Assembly (NCBI RefSeq): GCF_000010065.1 | Contig: NC_006576.1 | Coordinates: forward strand, 330,001 to 362,000 | Reading direction: 5' to 3' | From: Synechococcus elongatus PCC 6301 | GTDB lineage: Bacteria > Cyanobacteriota > Cyanobacteriia > Synechococcales > Synechococcaceae | Length of the DNA stretch: 32,000 bases | Made by a program: the position numbers and the translations under genes | The notes under the pieces: generated by a model | What the model was told of the DNA's origin: nothing | What the model saw: only the letters and a program-made list of their open reading frames with translations | Database searches by the model: none | Part shown: positions 9,273 through 18,486 of the stretch, one piece after another | How the letters are laid out: the number at the start of each line of letters is the position of its first letter | Numbering within the stretch: the stretch's first letter is position 1

Positions 9273-11119
9273 CAGGCTTTCTCCGTGAAGACAGGGGCAG
9301 TCAGTTGACGGGCTTGATGGGCCAGGAGTTGATCCTGCGCTTCCGCCAGATTGAGGGCTTGCTGAATGCTGTCGCGATCGACCCAGCCTTGAACCGCAGT
9401 CATGGCCACAGCTGACTCATCCGTTCCCCCCGCAAGCACCGGTAATTGCTGCAGGCCGCGCACATCCATCCGCGCGATCGCCTCCGCGAGACTTTCGCCG
9501 CAATGCACCCAAATCAACTCTCGGCTGGCGATCGCTAGGAGTGGTTCTGTCGGAGTTGCTGAGAGGCTGCGTTGTAGGTCGGGTAACGTCACTAAACCTA
9601 AGACGCGATCGTGGCGATCGTGCACGAGGGCGTGATAACTGGCAGCCTCGATCAGCTGGGCTAGGGCTTGATCAGCCGTTAAGTCACTGGGGAGCCAGCA
9701 ATCCACCGGACGCAGCGCCACTTCCACAGGCAACCGAAGCGGTAAATCTGGCTCTCGCTTTTGGGGTAACCCGGGCAGATCAGAATGGGTCGCTTTGGGT
9801 CGCAGGCGATCGGCCAGCCAAGCACTCAGGCCTGCCGCCGCCATCAGTGGCAGCACAATCCGATAGTCCCGTGTCAATTCAAACAGCAGCAAAATCGCCG
9901 TCAATGGAGCACGGACACTTCCCGCCAGTACAGCAGCCATGCCGACCATGGCGTAGGCCGGTGGCGTCGCGATCGGAATCCAGGAGGTTGGGAAAAAAGC
10001 CGTTAACACCCAGCCGTAGAAGCTACCCAAAACGGCACCGAGGAACATCGCGGGAGCAAAGCCCCCGCCCACAAAGCCACTGGCTAGACAGAGCGCCGTG
10101 AGGCCGAGCTTACCGATCAGCAAGAGCACCAACGTTAGGGGCGTCAGGCTCATGCCACTGAGTAGCCCCTCAATTGTTTCGTAGCCGACGCCCAGTACTT
10201 GAGGGAACTGGAGCGCAACGAGCCCGACAATCAAGCCAGCCAACGCAGGCCGCAGCGATCGCGGAATTCGTCCCAAGACTGCACCGATCGCGGTTTCGCC
10301 GCGAAAGGCTTGCTGCAGCACCTGCACCAGTGCCATGTAGCTACTGGATACCAAGCTAGCGAGCACGCCCAGCCCCAGATAGAGCGGCAGTTCTAAGGGC
10401 GATCGCACGACGTAGTCTGGCAGGGAAAAAGCCGGTTGTGCTCCTAGCCCCACTTGCGCAACCAGCGCCGACAGGACGGCCGCAATCAAGACGGCACTGA
10501 CGGCTGCCCCAGCAAAACTGGTGCCCAGCACGACTTCGAAGGCAAAGAAAACCCCTGCGATCGGGGCATTAAAACCAGCTGCAATCCCAGCCGCAGCCCC
10601 AGCGCCAATCAGCAACAGCTGCCGCTCGCGCGACATTTTGGCCCAACGGGCGATCGCCAGCCCTAAGTTGCCGCCACTCTCCACACTCGGTCCTTCCGGC
10701 CCCAGAGAAGCGCCACTGGCCAGCGAGAGTGATGCGGCAAAAAGTTTCTGCGGTGTCCGCAGCGGTTCATCACCACCAGTCCCACGCGCTAGGCCAATCA
10801 ACCCCGTCATACTTGGCCCAAAACGCGGCCAAATCAGGATCAGACCGCCCATCACCAGACCGCCCAGTAGGGGAATGAGCGCCAGGGTTTGATGGCCACC
10901 CCAAGCTGAGAGCGTACTGGTGAGCCAGCTAAACACCCCTTGATGCAAGGACTCGTAGAGCAAGTGGAAGCCTACGATCGCAGCACCTGTGCTCAGCCCA
11001 ACGCCAGCCGCGAGCAGCAGTAGGTAGGACTCAGGGCTAAACAGCCGCACCAGAGGATTGCTCCAGTGCAGCCCGACAGGCGGATTGGGAATCTCAGCAA
11101 CAGGAGGAGGGGTCGTCAT
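9272..11119 (-). CDS. ClC-family chloride channel/antiporter with C-terminal CBS-like region
   Basis: 615 aa; GSGASLGPEGPSVESGG-type selectivity signature (SGASLGPEGPSVESGG), GFVGGGFAPAMFLGAVLG, later CBS-like segment YHALVHDRHDRVLGLVTLPDLQ. Confidence 0.93.
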   Translation of the reverse strand: MTTPPPVAEIPNPPVGLHWSNPLVRLFSPESYLLLLAAGVGLSTGAAIVGFHLLYESLHQGVFSWLTSTLSAWGGHQTLALIPLLGGLVMGGLILIWPRFGPSMTGLIGLARGTGGDEPLRTPQKLFAASLSLASGASLGPEGPSVESGGNLGLAIARWAKMSRERQLLLIGAGAAAGIAAGFNAPIAGVFFAFEVVLGTSFAGAAVSAVLIAAVLSALVAQVGLGAQPAFSLPDYVVRSPLELPLYLGLGVLASLVSSSYMALVQVLQQAFRGETAIGAVLGRIPRSLRPALAGLIVGLVALQFPQVLGVGYETIEGLLSGMSLTPLTLVLLLIGKLGLTALCLASGFVGGGFAPAMFLGAVLGSFYGWVLTAFFPTSWIPIATPPAYAMVGMAAVLAGSVRAPLTAILLLFELTRDYRIVLPLMAAAGLSAWLADRLRPKATHSDLPGLPQKREPDLPLRLPVEVALRPVDCWLPSDLTADQALAQLIEAASYHALVHDRHDRVLGLVTLPDLQRSLSATPTEPLLAIASRELIWVHCGESLAEAIARMDVRGLQQLPVLAGGTDESAVAMTAVQGWVDRDSIQQALNLAEAQDQLLAHQARQLTAPVFTEKA

Positions 11120-11170
11120 GGCCTAGCCAATCCGGGATCTTCTTCGGGTCTAGCGCAATGGGAGCTGTTC

Positions 11171-11725
11171 CTAGCGCCGACCAATCGACTGTTGGTAGGC
11201 CGGCCGCTGCGTCAGACGGCGAATGTAGTCCTGCACAGCGGGGTAGGGACTGAGGTCGAAGTCCGGGAAGAACATCGGCACGTAGGCCAGATAGGAACCC
11301 ACGGCGACATCTGAAACACTGAGGCGATCGCTCACCAGATACTCACGCTGACTGAGCAGGGTATTGAGGCTCCCCAGCAACCGCGGCGCTTCTTTGGCGC
11401 GGTTGGCTTCTACAAACAGGCCAGGGCCCAGCGTCGCATTGGCAAACAACACCCACTGCGCTGCGATCGCGCGGTCTTGCGGGGTCTGCAGCTCGCCAAA
11501 TTTTTCAGCGAGGTAGAGCAAAATCGCACCAGATTCCCAAAGGGTGAATGCGTCGTCGACCAGAGCTGGCACTTTGCCAAAGGGATTGAGTGACAAAAAG
11601 GTCGGTTGCCGATGCTCACCTGCTGCCATATCGACGGCAACAGATTCGTAGGGCTGACCGAGTTCTTCGAGGTACCAGGCAACAAGAGAAGCGCGGGTGC
11701 GAGCGCTGCCGTACAGCTTCAGCAT
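11171..11725 (-). CDS. glutathione S-transferase family protein
   Basis: 184 aa; MLKLYGSARTRASLVAWYLEELGQPYE...NPFGKVPALVDDAFTLWESGAILLYLAEKF thioredoxin-fold GST N-terminus; C-terminal helical domain. Confidence 0.9.
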   Translation of the reverse strand: MLKLYGSARTRASLVAWYLEELGQPYESVAVDMAAGEHRQPTFLSLNPFGKVPALVDDAFTLWESGAILLYLAEKFGELQTPQDRAIAAQWVLFANATLGPGLFVEANRAKEAPRLLGSLNTLLSQREYLVSDRLSVSDVAVGSYLAYVPMFFPDFDLSPYPAVQDYIRRLTQRPAYQQSIGRR

Positions 11726-11788
11726 GGGTCGCGTTCACGAGAGGGTCGTTTCCACTCTACGGTGAAGAAACCTGCATCCTGCTAACTG

Positions 11789-12952
11789 ATGACCCGCGAT
11801 CGCTTACTCACCCACCGCCAGCAATTCCCAGCGCTCCAAAACAAGGCCTATTTCAACTACGGCGGACAGGGGCCGCTCTCAACGGCAGCGTTGACAGCGA
11901 TTCAAACTGCTTTCGCCGATAGTCAGCAGCTTGGACCTTTTTCCCTGGCAACTGGTCAGCGAGTCGAGCAGATTAGCGATCGCCTGCGAACGGATCTGGC
12001 AGCGCTGCTTCAGACCCAGTCCGAGAACATCACCCTGACTGAAAATGTCTCGGTCGGCTGCAACATTGCGCTCTGGGGGGTGGATTGGCAGGCCGGCGAT
12101 CGCCTTTTGATCACCGACTGCGAGCATCCCAGCGTCATCGCTACCGCACAGGCGATCGCCCAACGCTTTGGCGTAGAGCTGGATATTTGGCCGTTGCAGG
12201 CTGCTGTTGTCGCCGGTCAGGATTTAACTGAAGCGTTTGCAGCGCAACTCAACTCCCGAACGCGACTCGCTGCGATCAGTCACGTCCTCTGGAATTACGG
12301 CACAGTTCTGCCCCTCGCCGCGATCGCCGAACAAGCGCACCGTCAGGACTGCCTGCTTTTGGTCGACGGAGCGCAATCGGTAGGGCTGTTGCCGCTAGAT
12401 CTGCCCGCTACTGGAGTCGATTTCTACGCCTTCACCGGCCATAAGTGGCTCTGTGGCCCCGAAGGAGTGGGTGGTCTCTACAGTCGACCGGAGTCCCGCG
12501 CCACTTCTCTGCCGACTTGGTTGGGCTGGCGAGGGGTCGAAAAGAATACCCAGGGCCGACCGATTCGCTCTAAAAGTGATGGTCGTCGCTACGAAATTGC
12601 GACCTCGGCTTATCCGCTCTATGCGGGTCTGAGTGCTGCGATCGCCCAACAAGCTGATTACGGGACGATTGAGGATCGCTACAATCGCAGCCGCCAACTG
12701 GCCCAGTGGCTCTGGCAGTCGTTACAGGCATTACCAAAGGTGCGCTGCCTCGCAACCACACTGCCACAAGCTGGGCTGATTTCGTTTCAAATCGATAGCT
12801 CTCAGTCCCCGTTCAAAATCGTTAGCCACCTGGAAGGCCAAGGACTGCAAATTCGCAGTTTGGTCGGCCCAGATTGTCTCCGGGCCTGCTGTCACTACCT
12901 GACTTTGGAAACTGAGTTGGAGTCGCTAGTTGCCGCGATCGCCCAGATCTAG
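11789..12952 (+). CDS. class V aminotransferase / cysteine desulfurase-like PLP enzyme
   Basis: 387 aa; HVLWNYGTVLPL, LLVDGAQSVGLLPLDLPATGVDFYAFTGHKWLCGPEGVGGLY motif including the PLP lysine. Confidence 0.9.
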   Translation: MTRDRLLTHRQQFPALQNKAYFNYGGQGPLSTAALTAIQTAFADSQQLGPFSLATGQRVEQISDRLRTDLAALLQTQSENITLTENVSVGCNIALWGVDWQAGDRLLITDCEHPSVIATAQAIAQRFGVELDIWPLQAAVVAGQDLTEAFAAQLNSRTRLAAISHVLWNYGTVLPLAAIAEQAHRQDCLLLVDGAQSVGLLPLDLPATGVDFYAFTGHKWLCGPEGVGGLYSRPESRATSLPTWLGWRGVEKNTQGRPIRSKSDGRRYEIATSAYPLYAGLSAAIAQQADYGTIEDRYNRSRQLAQWLWQSLQALPKVRCLATTLPQAGLISFQIDSSQSPFKIVSHLEGQGLQIRSLVGPDCLRACCHYLTLETELESLVAAIAQI

Positions 12953-13344
12953 TGACTCGCTGTAGTTAGCTTTGCATTCTTCAGCGCCCGCAGCCGCCGC
13001 GAGAAGCTCCGGATCACATCCAGCGCAAAGGTCGGTGTTTCTTGGATGGCAAACAGGAAGCGCCGGCGGTCGAGACGAGCCAGTCGGCAGTCTTGACGCG
13101 CGATCGCAGTGGTGGCGCGAAACTTCTGGGCTTGGACGAGAGCACCTTCCCCAAAAACATCACCTGCTTGCAGGACTTCAACGGTGCGATCGCCCACCTT
13201 GAGCTCTACCTCACCGGCAAGAATGCCATACATTTCTGCGGCAGCCTCTCCCTCCGAAAAGATGACACTCCCTGCTGGAATCAAAAGATCTTCCGCGTCA
13301 CGTTGGAGTGCTTTGACGGTCGATGCAGGTGCAAACATGGGCAT
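12949..13344 (-). CDS. cyclic-nucleotide-binding-domain protein without DNA-binding domain
   Basis: 131 aa; LLIPAGSVIFSEGEAAAEMYGILAGEVELKVGDRTVEVLQAGDVFGEGALVQ cNMP-binding fold; no HTH. Confidence 0.85.
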   Translation of the reverse strand: MPMFAPASTVKALQRDAEDLLIPAGSVIFSEGEAAAEMYGILAGEVELKVGDRTVEVLQAGDVFGEGALVQAQKFRATTAIARQDCRLARLDRRRFLFAIQETPTFALDVIRSFSRRLRALKNAKLTTASH

Positions 13345-13422
13345 TCCCCCTCCCCGGGTTAGCAGTGGAAAGAGCTAGAGAGACTTATCAGCATCGCCAA
13401 AAATGGTGTTCGCAGAAAAGCT

Positions 13423-13453
13423 CTTAAACGGTTCTTAACCTAAGGGTTAACCT
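13423..13453. promoter_or_regulatory. candidate SphR/Pho-box-like tandem repeats
   Basis: CTTAAACG-gtt-CTTAACCT-aagg-GTTAACCT; 8-mers at 11-12 bp spacing, in the intergenic region between two divergently oriented genes. Confidence 0.35.
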
Positions 13454-13582
13454 AACGCATTCCAAGTCGCTGTGATCAACGACACCGTTTGCCAAGCGAT
13501 CGCGATGTGATCAGCGTTCTTGCAGGCGCCGGCAACTGCCCTTCAGAATGAACAGTGAACTGTCCCTCACCCGCAACCCACC

Positions 13583-13864
13583 ATGAGCCAACCCAATCGT
13601 TTCGCAGGCGGCTTCCTTTTGGGTGCTGTCTTTGGCGGCATTCTCGGCGGCGTCTTGGGAGTAGCCCTCAGCCAACGCTCCGCTGCAGCGCTGAATGCGG
13701 GTGCAGAACGGGACGGTGACGACGATCGTGATCCAGAAGGTCCAATCGATAGCACTCGGCGCGGCCTCGAGGACAAGATTGCTCAGCTCAGCGATGCGAT
13801 CGATGACGTTCAGCAGCAGTTGCGTAATGTGCAGCCGCTGGCTGATCTGCAAGCCGACGACTGA
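13583..13864 (+). CDS. small membrane-anchored protein (glycine-rich hydrophobic N-terminus, charged/coiled C-terminus)
   Basis: 93 aa; MSQPNRFAGGFLLGAVFGGILGGVLGVAL followed by DKIAQLSDAIDDVQQQLRNVQ; bounded by intergenic space. Confidence 0.7.
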   Translation: MSQPNRFAGGFLLGAVFGGILGGVLGVALSQRSAAALNAGAERDGDDDRDPEGPIDSTRRGLEDKIAQLSDAIDDVQQQLRNVQPLADLQADD

Positions 13865-13970
13865 CTCGACTGATTCTGCGGGTGTGATCTCAGATTGATC
13901 AGGATATTTCTGGGCAGCGATCAACGTCGGCTAGTCAGACTTGCTGCGATCGCTACTGCCACCAGAGATC

Positions 13971-15248
13971 TCAAGTCAAGCTGGCGGCAATCGCGGTTTC
14001 CAAGAATCGGTAGAGGTCTGCGGCTTCTTCGCCTCGGAGCGAGCGGTCTTTGAGGTCTTGCAGGACAGGCGTGAGCTGGTCGCAGCGATCGCGGTAGGCC
14101 TGATGCTCCGCCAATTGATCGGCAAAGACGCTAGCCTCGATTGCCTCAGGGGTGACCTGTTCACTCAACAGCACGGGTGAGGCAAATTCCCGACCGCTGA
14201 CGTCGTAGCGCAGGTTAAAAATCAGCGCCCGACTTTGTTGGTGAAGCTGCGCTTGCAGCGATCGCGTATCGAACTCTGAGCGCGGGAAGGCCACAGAGCC
14301 ACTGATTCGCAGCTCAACGATTGCTTCTTGCGTAGTTCCGGTGGCAATCGCCTGCTCAACCGTTGCGATCGCGGCGGCTTCCAAGTCTGCGGGTGACCAA
14401 TCTACGCGCGTTTCAAGACGCAAACGGACTATAGGCCGCTGCAGATAGTCCCGTTGCAAAGTGACTTGCGGTTGCTTCTGGCCTGACTTCAATTCCACCG
14501 ACAGCACGCCCCGAGGCGCTTGATCCTGGCCTTCGGCAATACTGTTCGCTTCCACCGAACCGGGATTAAAGACCCAGTTTTCTAGCTCGTAATACTTATG
14601 AATATGGCCAAGCGCGAGGTAGTTCACGCCCGCTTCACGCAGGGGCAACAAATCCTCGTAGCGCAAGGCGCCGCTATAGCGGGCGATCTGGCCTTCCACG
14701 CCGTGATGAAACAGCATCACGGTATGTTCAGGGCCAGGCGGTAAAGCGCGAATATCCGCAGCCAAAAGACGAATCATCTGCGGAGCGGCGGAGCCATACC
14801 AACAGGAGCCCAGGATCCGCACGCCGCAGTCGAGGTCGATGTAGCTGCCAGTGTGGGTTTCGGGATCCCAGGGTTGATAGCGGTTATCGCCTTCGGCAAC
14901 ACTCGCTTCTGGCTCCAGCAAAATCAGGCCATACCATTCGGCGAGGTAGCGGAGCCAACTACTACGGCTACCGTAGGGCCGATGATCATGGTTTCCCTCG
15001 ATCGCGATCGCGGGGATCTCAGCTTTCTTCAGCAGGTCTAGCACCAGCAACGCCTGACTGAGAATGGCCGGCTGCACCACTTTGTGTTCGAACAAATCGC
15101 CGGCAATCACCACAAAATCGACCTTAGGGTCAATCGCATAGCGAACGAGCGCATCTTCGAGAGCGTGAAAGAAGTCGGTGGTGCGCTTGGGATTGTTGTA
15201 GCGATCGAAGCCTAAATGAACATCCGCTAGATGCAGAAAACGCGCCAT
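13971..15248 (-). CDS. SbcD/YhaO-like DNA repair metallophosphoesterase
   Basis: 425 aa; MARFLHLADVHLGF, DFVVIAGDLFEH, AIEGNHDHR, TVMLFHHGVEG, ALGHIHK metallophosphoesterase motifs. Confidence 0.88.
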   Translation of the reverse strand: MARFLHLADVHLGFDRYNNPKRTTDFFHALEDALVRYAIDPKVDFVVIAGDLFEHKVVQPAILSQALLVLDLLKKAEIPAIAIEGNHDHRPYGSRSSWLRYLAEWYGLILLEPEASVAEGDNRYQPWDPETHTGSYIDLDCGVRILGSCWYGSAAPQMIRLLAADIRALPPGPEHTVMLFHHGVEGQIARYSGALRYEDLLPLREAGVNYLALGHIHKYYELENWVFNPGSVEANSIAEGQDQAPRGVLSVELKSGQKQPQVTLQRDYLQRPIVRLRLETRVDWSPADLEAAAIATVEQAIATGTTQEAIVELRISGSVAFPRSEFDTRSLQAQLHQQSRALIFNLRYDVSGREFASPVLLSEQVTPEAIEASVFADQLAEHQAYRDRCDQLTPVLQDLKDRSLRGEEAADLYRFLETAIAASLT

Positions 15249-15316
15249 ATCATCGCCAGACTTCCAGCCAGCAGTTTAACGGCGATCGCTCTTGCATTGC
15301 TGAGGGCCTAGGGCAC

Positions 15317-16366
15317 CTAGGCGGACCGCTGATAGAGCTCAGCCACAGCTTCTAGGGGCAAGCGCGATCGCACGGTCAGGCTTAGATCCGAGCGATCGCC
15401 CACTGCGAGGTGAGCCGCTGCCGCACAGGCAATCATGGCAGCGTTGTCGGTACAGAGCGAAAGCGGCGGAAAGAGCGTTGTGATGCCATGCTCAGCTGCC
15501 GCTTTGCCCAGTTGTTCGCGCAGACCGCGATTAGCTGCAACCCCGCCCCCCACGGCGATCGTGGTTAACCCCTCATCCAAGGCTGCTGCGATCGCTCGTT
15601 TGGTCAGGCTGCGAGCCACTGTCGCTTGGAAGCTGGCTGCCAGATCCGCGATCGGAAGGTCTTCAGATTCTGCCCGCAGGCGATCGCAAAGCCGCAACAT
15701 TGCTGTTTTGAGACCACTAAAGCTGCAGTCGTAGGGGTGATACCCCCCACCCGGCAGGGAAATTTGGCCTTCTGGCAGCGGAAACGCTTTGGGATTGCCA
15801 TTGGCTGCGAGGCGATCGATCACGGGCCCACCGGGATAGCCCAAGCCCATCAGTCGGGCGACTTTATCAAAGGCTTCACCGGCCGCATCATCGCGGGTTT
15901 GCCCAAGGGTTCGGTATTGGCCACAGCCATCGACTCGAATCAGGCTGGTGTGCCCGCCCGAAACCAGCAGCGACAGGAACGGCGGCTCCAAGGAGGGCTC
16001 CTGTAAATAGGCCGCGAAAATATGACCTTCGAGGTGATGAACGCCCAAAAACGGTTTGTTGTGCAGCAGCGCCAGTGTCTTAGCAGCCATAGTGCCAACT
16101 AGTAGAGCGCCGACTAAACCGGGTGCAACCGTCGCTGCAATCCCATCGATCGCCGACCAATCAAGGCCTGCCTCAGAGAGGGCGAGCGCGATCGCGGGAT
16201 TGACGGTTTCTAGATGCTGCCGCGCCGCCATTTCCGGCACAACTCCGCCGTAGCGACGGTGCAGATCAATCTGCGAACTGACAATGCTGCTGAGAATGTG
16301 ACGATCCTTTACGATCGCCACCGCTGTTTCATCACAACTTGTTTCAACTGCTAAAACGGTTGTCAT
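15317..16366 (-). CDS. tsaD: tRNA N6-adenosine threonylcarbamoyltransferase TsaD
   Basis: [19 protein letters not shown]; [14 protein letters not shown]; [11 protein letters not shown]; [12 protein letters not shown] signatures. Confidence 0.97.
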   Translation of the reverse strand: MTTVLAVETSCDETAVAIVKDRHILSSIVSSQIDLHRRYGGVVPEMAARQHLETVNPAIALALSEAGLDWSAIDGIAATVAPGLVGALLVGTMAAKTLALLHNKPFLGVHHLEGHIFAAYLQEPSLEPPFLSLLVSGGHTSLIRVDGCGQYRTLGQTRDDAAGEAFDKVARLMGLGYPGGPVIDRLAANGNPKAFPLPEGQISLPGGGYHPYDCSFSGLKTAMLRLCDRLRAESEDLPIADLAASFQATVARSLTKRAIAAALDEGLTTIAVGGGVAANRGLREQLGKAAAEHGITTLFPPLSLCTDNAAMIACAAAAHLAVGDRSDLSLTVRSRLPLEAVAELYQRSA

Positions 16367-16543
16367 CAACTGATACGGTTCCTGATAAAGCTTTCCCGAA
16401 GCTTCGGGATTGATTCTATTCGGAAACGAGTGCTTGGCGCTCGTCTTCGAGTTTTTGTACTGCTGGTCGGAGTTCGATCGCTCTTATCGATCGCGGCTCC
16501 CAATGCGACTGTTCTGTCGTCACTTCTCGAAGGAAGCCAGTTC

Positions 16544-17023
16544 ATGCGTCGACTGTTTGCTGTCGTGCTCGCCGCCTGTCTGTGGCTGGGCTTTGCTCCC
16601 CAGGCTTCGGCTGATGTTGCCGGCCTAACGCCCTGTAGCGAGTCCCCCCGTTTCATCCAACGGGCTGAAGCCGCTGCAACTCCCCAGGCGAAAGCCCGCT
16701 TCGAAAACTACTCCCAAGCCCTTTGCGGCGCGGATGGTCTGCCCCACCTGATCGTGGATGGCCGCCTCGATCACGCGGGTGATTTCATCATCCCCAGCTT
16801 GCTGTTCCTCTACATCGCCGGCTGGATTGGCTGGGTGGGTCGTTCCTACCTGCAAGCCATCAAGTCTGACAAAGATGCTGCAGGCAAAGAAATCGTGATC
16901 GATGTGCCCTTGGCCGTCAAGTTTTCCTTGACTGGTTTTGCTTGGCCCTTGGCAGCGTTCCAAGAGTTCAGCAGCGGTAAGCTACTTGCGAAAGCAGACG
17001 AAATCACCGTCTCGCCCCGCTAA
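16544..17023 (+). CDS. psaF: photosystem I subunit III (PsaF) precursor
   Basis: [44 protein letters not shown]...[36 protein letters not shown]. Upstream in-frame extension to 16430 is possible but the signal peptide fits the 16544 ATG. Confidence 0.96.
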
Positions 17024-17057
17024 GATTTCTGTCGTTTTACGGAGCTGAATGCTAGCC

Positions 17058-17183
17058 ATGGATGGTCTCAAACGTTATCTATCTTCTGCCCCAATTCTCG
17101 CAACGATTTGGTTTGCGATTACTGCTGGCATCCTGATTGAATTCAATCGCTTCTTCCCTGATTTGCTCTTCCATCCCCTCTAG
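17058..17183 (+). CDS. psaJ: photosystem I subunit IX (PsaJ)
   Basis: Small ORF not in the supplied track: [41 protein letters not shown], 35 bp after psaF. Confidence 0.96.
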
Positions 17184-17212
17184 GAAAGCGTCAGAAATCA
17201 AGTGACACTTAG

Positions 17213-17250
17213 AACCGGGTTGAGTCTATGACTGAGCCCGGTTTTCGTTT
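17213..17250 (+). terminator. putative rho-independent terminator of psaFJ
   Basis: AACCGGG...CCCGGTT outer stem (17213-17219/17237-17243) with inner AGTC-TAT-GACT, followed by TTCGTTT. Confidence 0.7.
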
Positions 17251-17525
17251 ATGGACTTGTTGTTCAAGGGGCATGCACAAAGAACTTATGGCAGTCTCTA
17301 ATCAAGTTAGGACGGTTCGTGAAGATGGGCATCCTCTGGGACTGTCTCAACTGAAACAATGGCTGCTAAGGAAACGTAGCCAGCAGCACAATCCATGAGA
17401 TCAATCTACGATCGCCCTTAGATCTCGATCGCCGCTGGTGAGATGGAAGGCGATCGCACCAGTTCGGAACAGCGGCAGTGAGTGCCCGCATTTCGAGCGA
17501 CTGGTGACGCCTGCTCAAAATAAAT

Positions 17526-17546
17526 GAGGGAAGCAATGCTTCCCTC
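17526..17546 (-). terminator. putative rho-independent terminator for the minus-strand gene ending at 17576
   Basis: Perfect inverted repeat GAGGGAAGCA-A-TGCTTCCCTC; on the minus strand followed by ATTTATTTT. Confidence 0.6.
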
Positions 17547-17575
17547 TTCCACTTCCTCGCTGTTCGGCTTAGAGC

Positions 17576-18253
17576 CTATCTGACCGTTAAGGACGGTGGC
17601 GATCCCCCAAAGTTCCCGAGGATTTCAAAAAAAATTTGATTCCTGAAACTCCCTGACCGATCGCCTGTTGATTGCAGTCTTCGGGTCGCGATCGCCCCTG
17701 ACCAATCGGGCAGCGCCACCCAAACCACCCAGACATCGACCAGCAAGAGCAGCAGCGTCAGGACTAGCAGAATAATGTACATCCAAGGTTGGGAGAGGGG
17801 GCGCACATCGCGCATATCAATCGTTGTTCGCGCTTGCAGCAGGCGGGTGAGTTCCGCAAACCCAGCAATGCGCATTGGCAATAAGTAGCCTTGGCCTTGC
17901 TGATCAATCAGGTAGTAAACCAATCCACCCTGTCCAGTCGATCGCGGTTGGATGCGAGCGATCGCTTCCCAAGGCAACTGCCACTGCCGCCGTAGGAACC
18001 AACGGCACCAGGTGGGATAGCGGACTTGAATCCCTGCAGAGCTAACTTCGACCTGTTCACTGAGGGCGGCGTAGACCAGGACAAAGCCGATCGCTAAACC
18101 CACTTGCAGCCAGCGAGGGGAAACAGGTGCTTCCGTCACTTCCGCTAAGCTCGCGAGGGGACTGGTGAGCGCTAGGTAGAGCAGCAATAACGTGCCGCGA
18201 ATCAAGGGCGAAATGCGATAAACCCGTTGCTCTGGCAAAAATTCAGTCGTCAT
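17576..18253 (-). CDS. hypothetical membrane protein (PH-like/YdbS-like appearance, terminal TM segments)
   Basis: ORF with start MTTEFLPEQRVYRISPLIRGTLLLLYLALTSP; TM segments, soluble QVEVSSAGIQVRYPTWCRWFLRRQWQLPWEAIARIQP, then TM YIILLVLTLLLLLVDVWVVWVALP. Confidence 0.75.
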   Translation of the reverse strand: MTTEFLPEQRVYRISPLIRGTLLLLYLALTSPLASLAEVTEAPVSPRWLQVGLAIGFVLVYAALSEQVEVSSAGIQVRYPTWCRWFLRRQWQLPWEAIARIQPRSTGQGGLVYYLIDQQGQGYLLPMRIAGFAELTRLLQARTTIDMRDVRPLSQPWMYIILLVLTLLLLLVDVWVVWVALPDWSGAIATRRLQSTGDRSGSFRNQIFFEILGNFGGSPPSLTVR

Positions 18254-18482
18254 TGTGCGATCGCTCTCCACCAAAGACTTCAGCCTCACGGCCCACCCAC
18301 CATTCACCCAGACCCATCAGCTCTTGGTGCAATTCCGCGATCGCAGCTTCATAAGCGGCGGGTTCCATGCAATCGCGATCGTCTTGCAGCTTTTTCAGAC
18401 GCAACTGCAACAACAACCAAGGTTTGCCGACTCCCTCAGTTGCACTGATGTAGCGTCCTAGCGCATCGCTGTCTAAATCCAT
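18243..18482 (-). CDS. small conserved-looking hypothetical protein
   Basis: 79 aa from ATG at 18482: MDLDSDALGRYISATEGVGKPWLLLQLRLKKLQDDRDCMEPAAYEAAIAELHQELMGLGEWWVGREAEVF...; start lies 4 bp past the upstream stop and its 3' end overlaps the next start. Confidence 0.7.
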   Translation of the reverse strand: MDLDSDALGRYISATEGVGKPWLLLQLRLKKLQDDRDCMEPAAYEAAIAELHQELMGLGEWWVGREAEVFGGERSHNDD

Positions 18483-18486
18483 TGCC

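Noticed and set aside
9402-10892. several plus-strand ORFs (77-186 aa) within the ClC gene
   Set aside because: High-GC antisense frames opposite a clear 615 aa ClC protein; low-complexity Arg/Ser/Pro-rich translations without family features.
15306-15322. GCCTAGG-GCA-CCTAGGC inverted repeat at the end of tsaD
   Set aside because: Real 7-bp stem spanning the stop codon, but too short, with no T tract, to call as a terminator.
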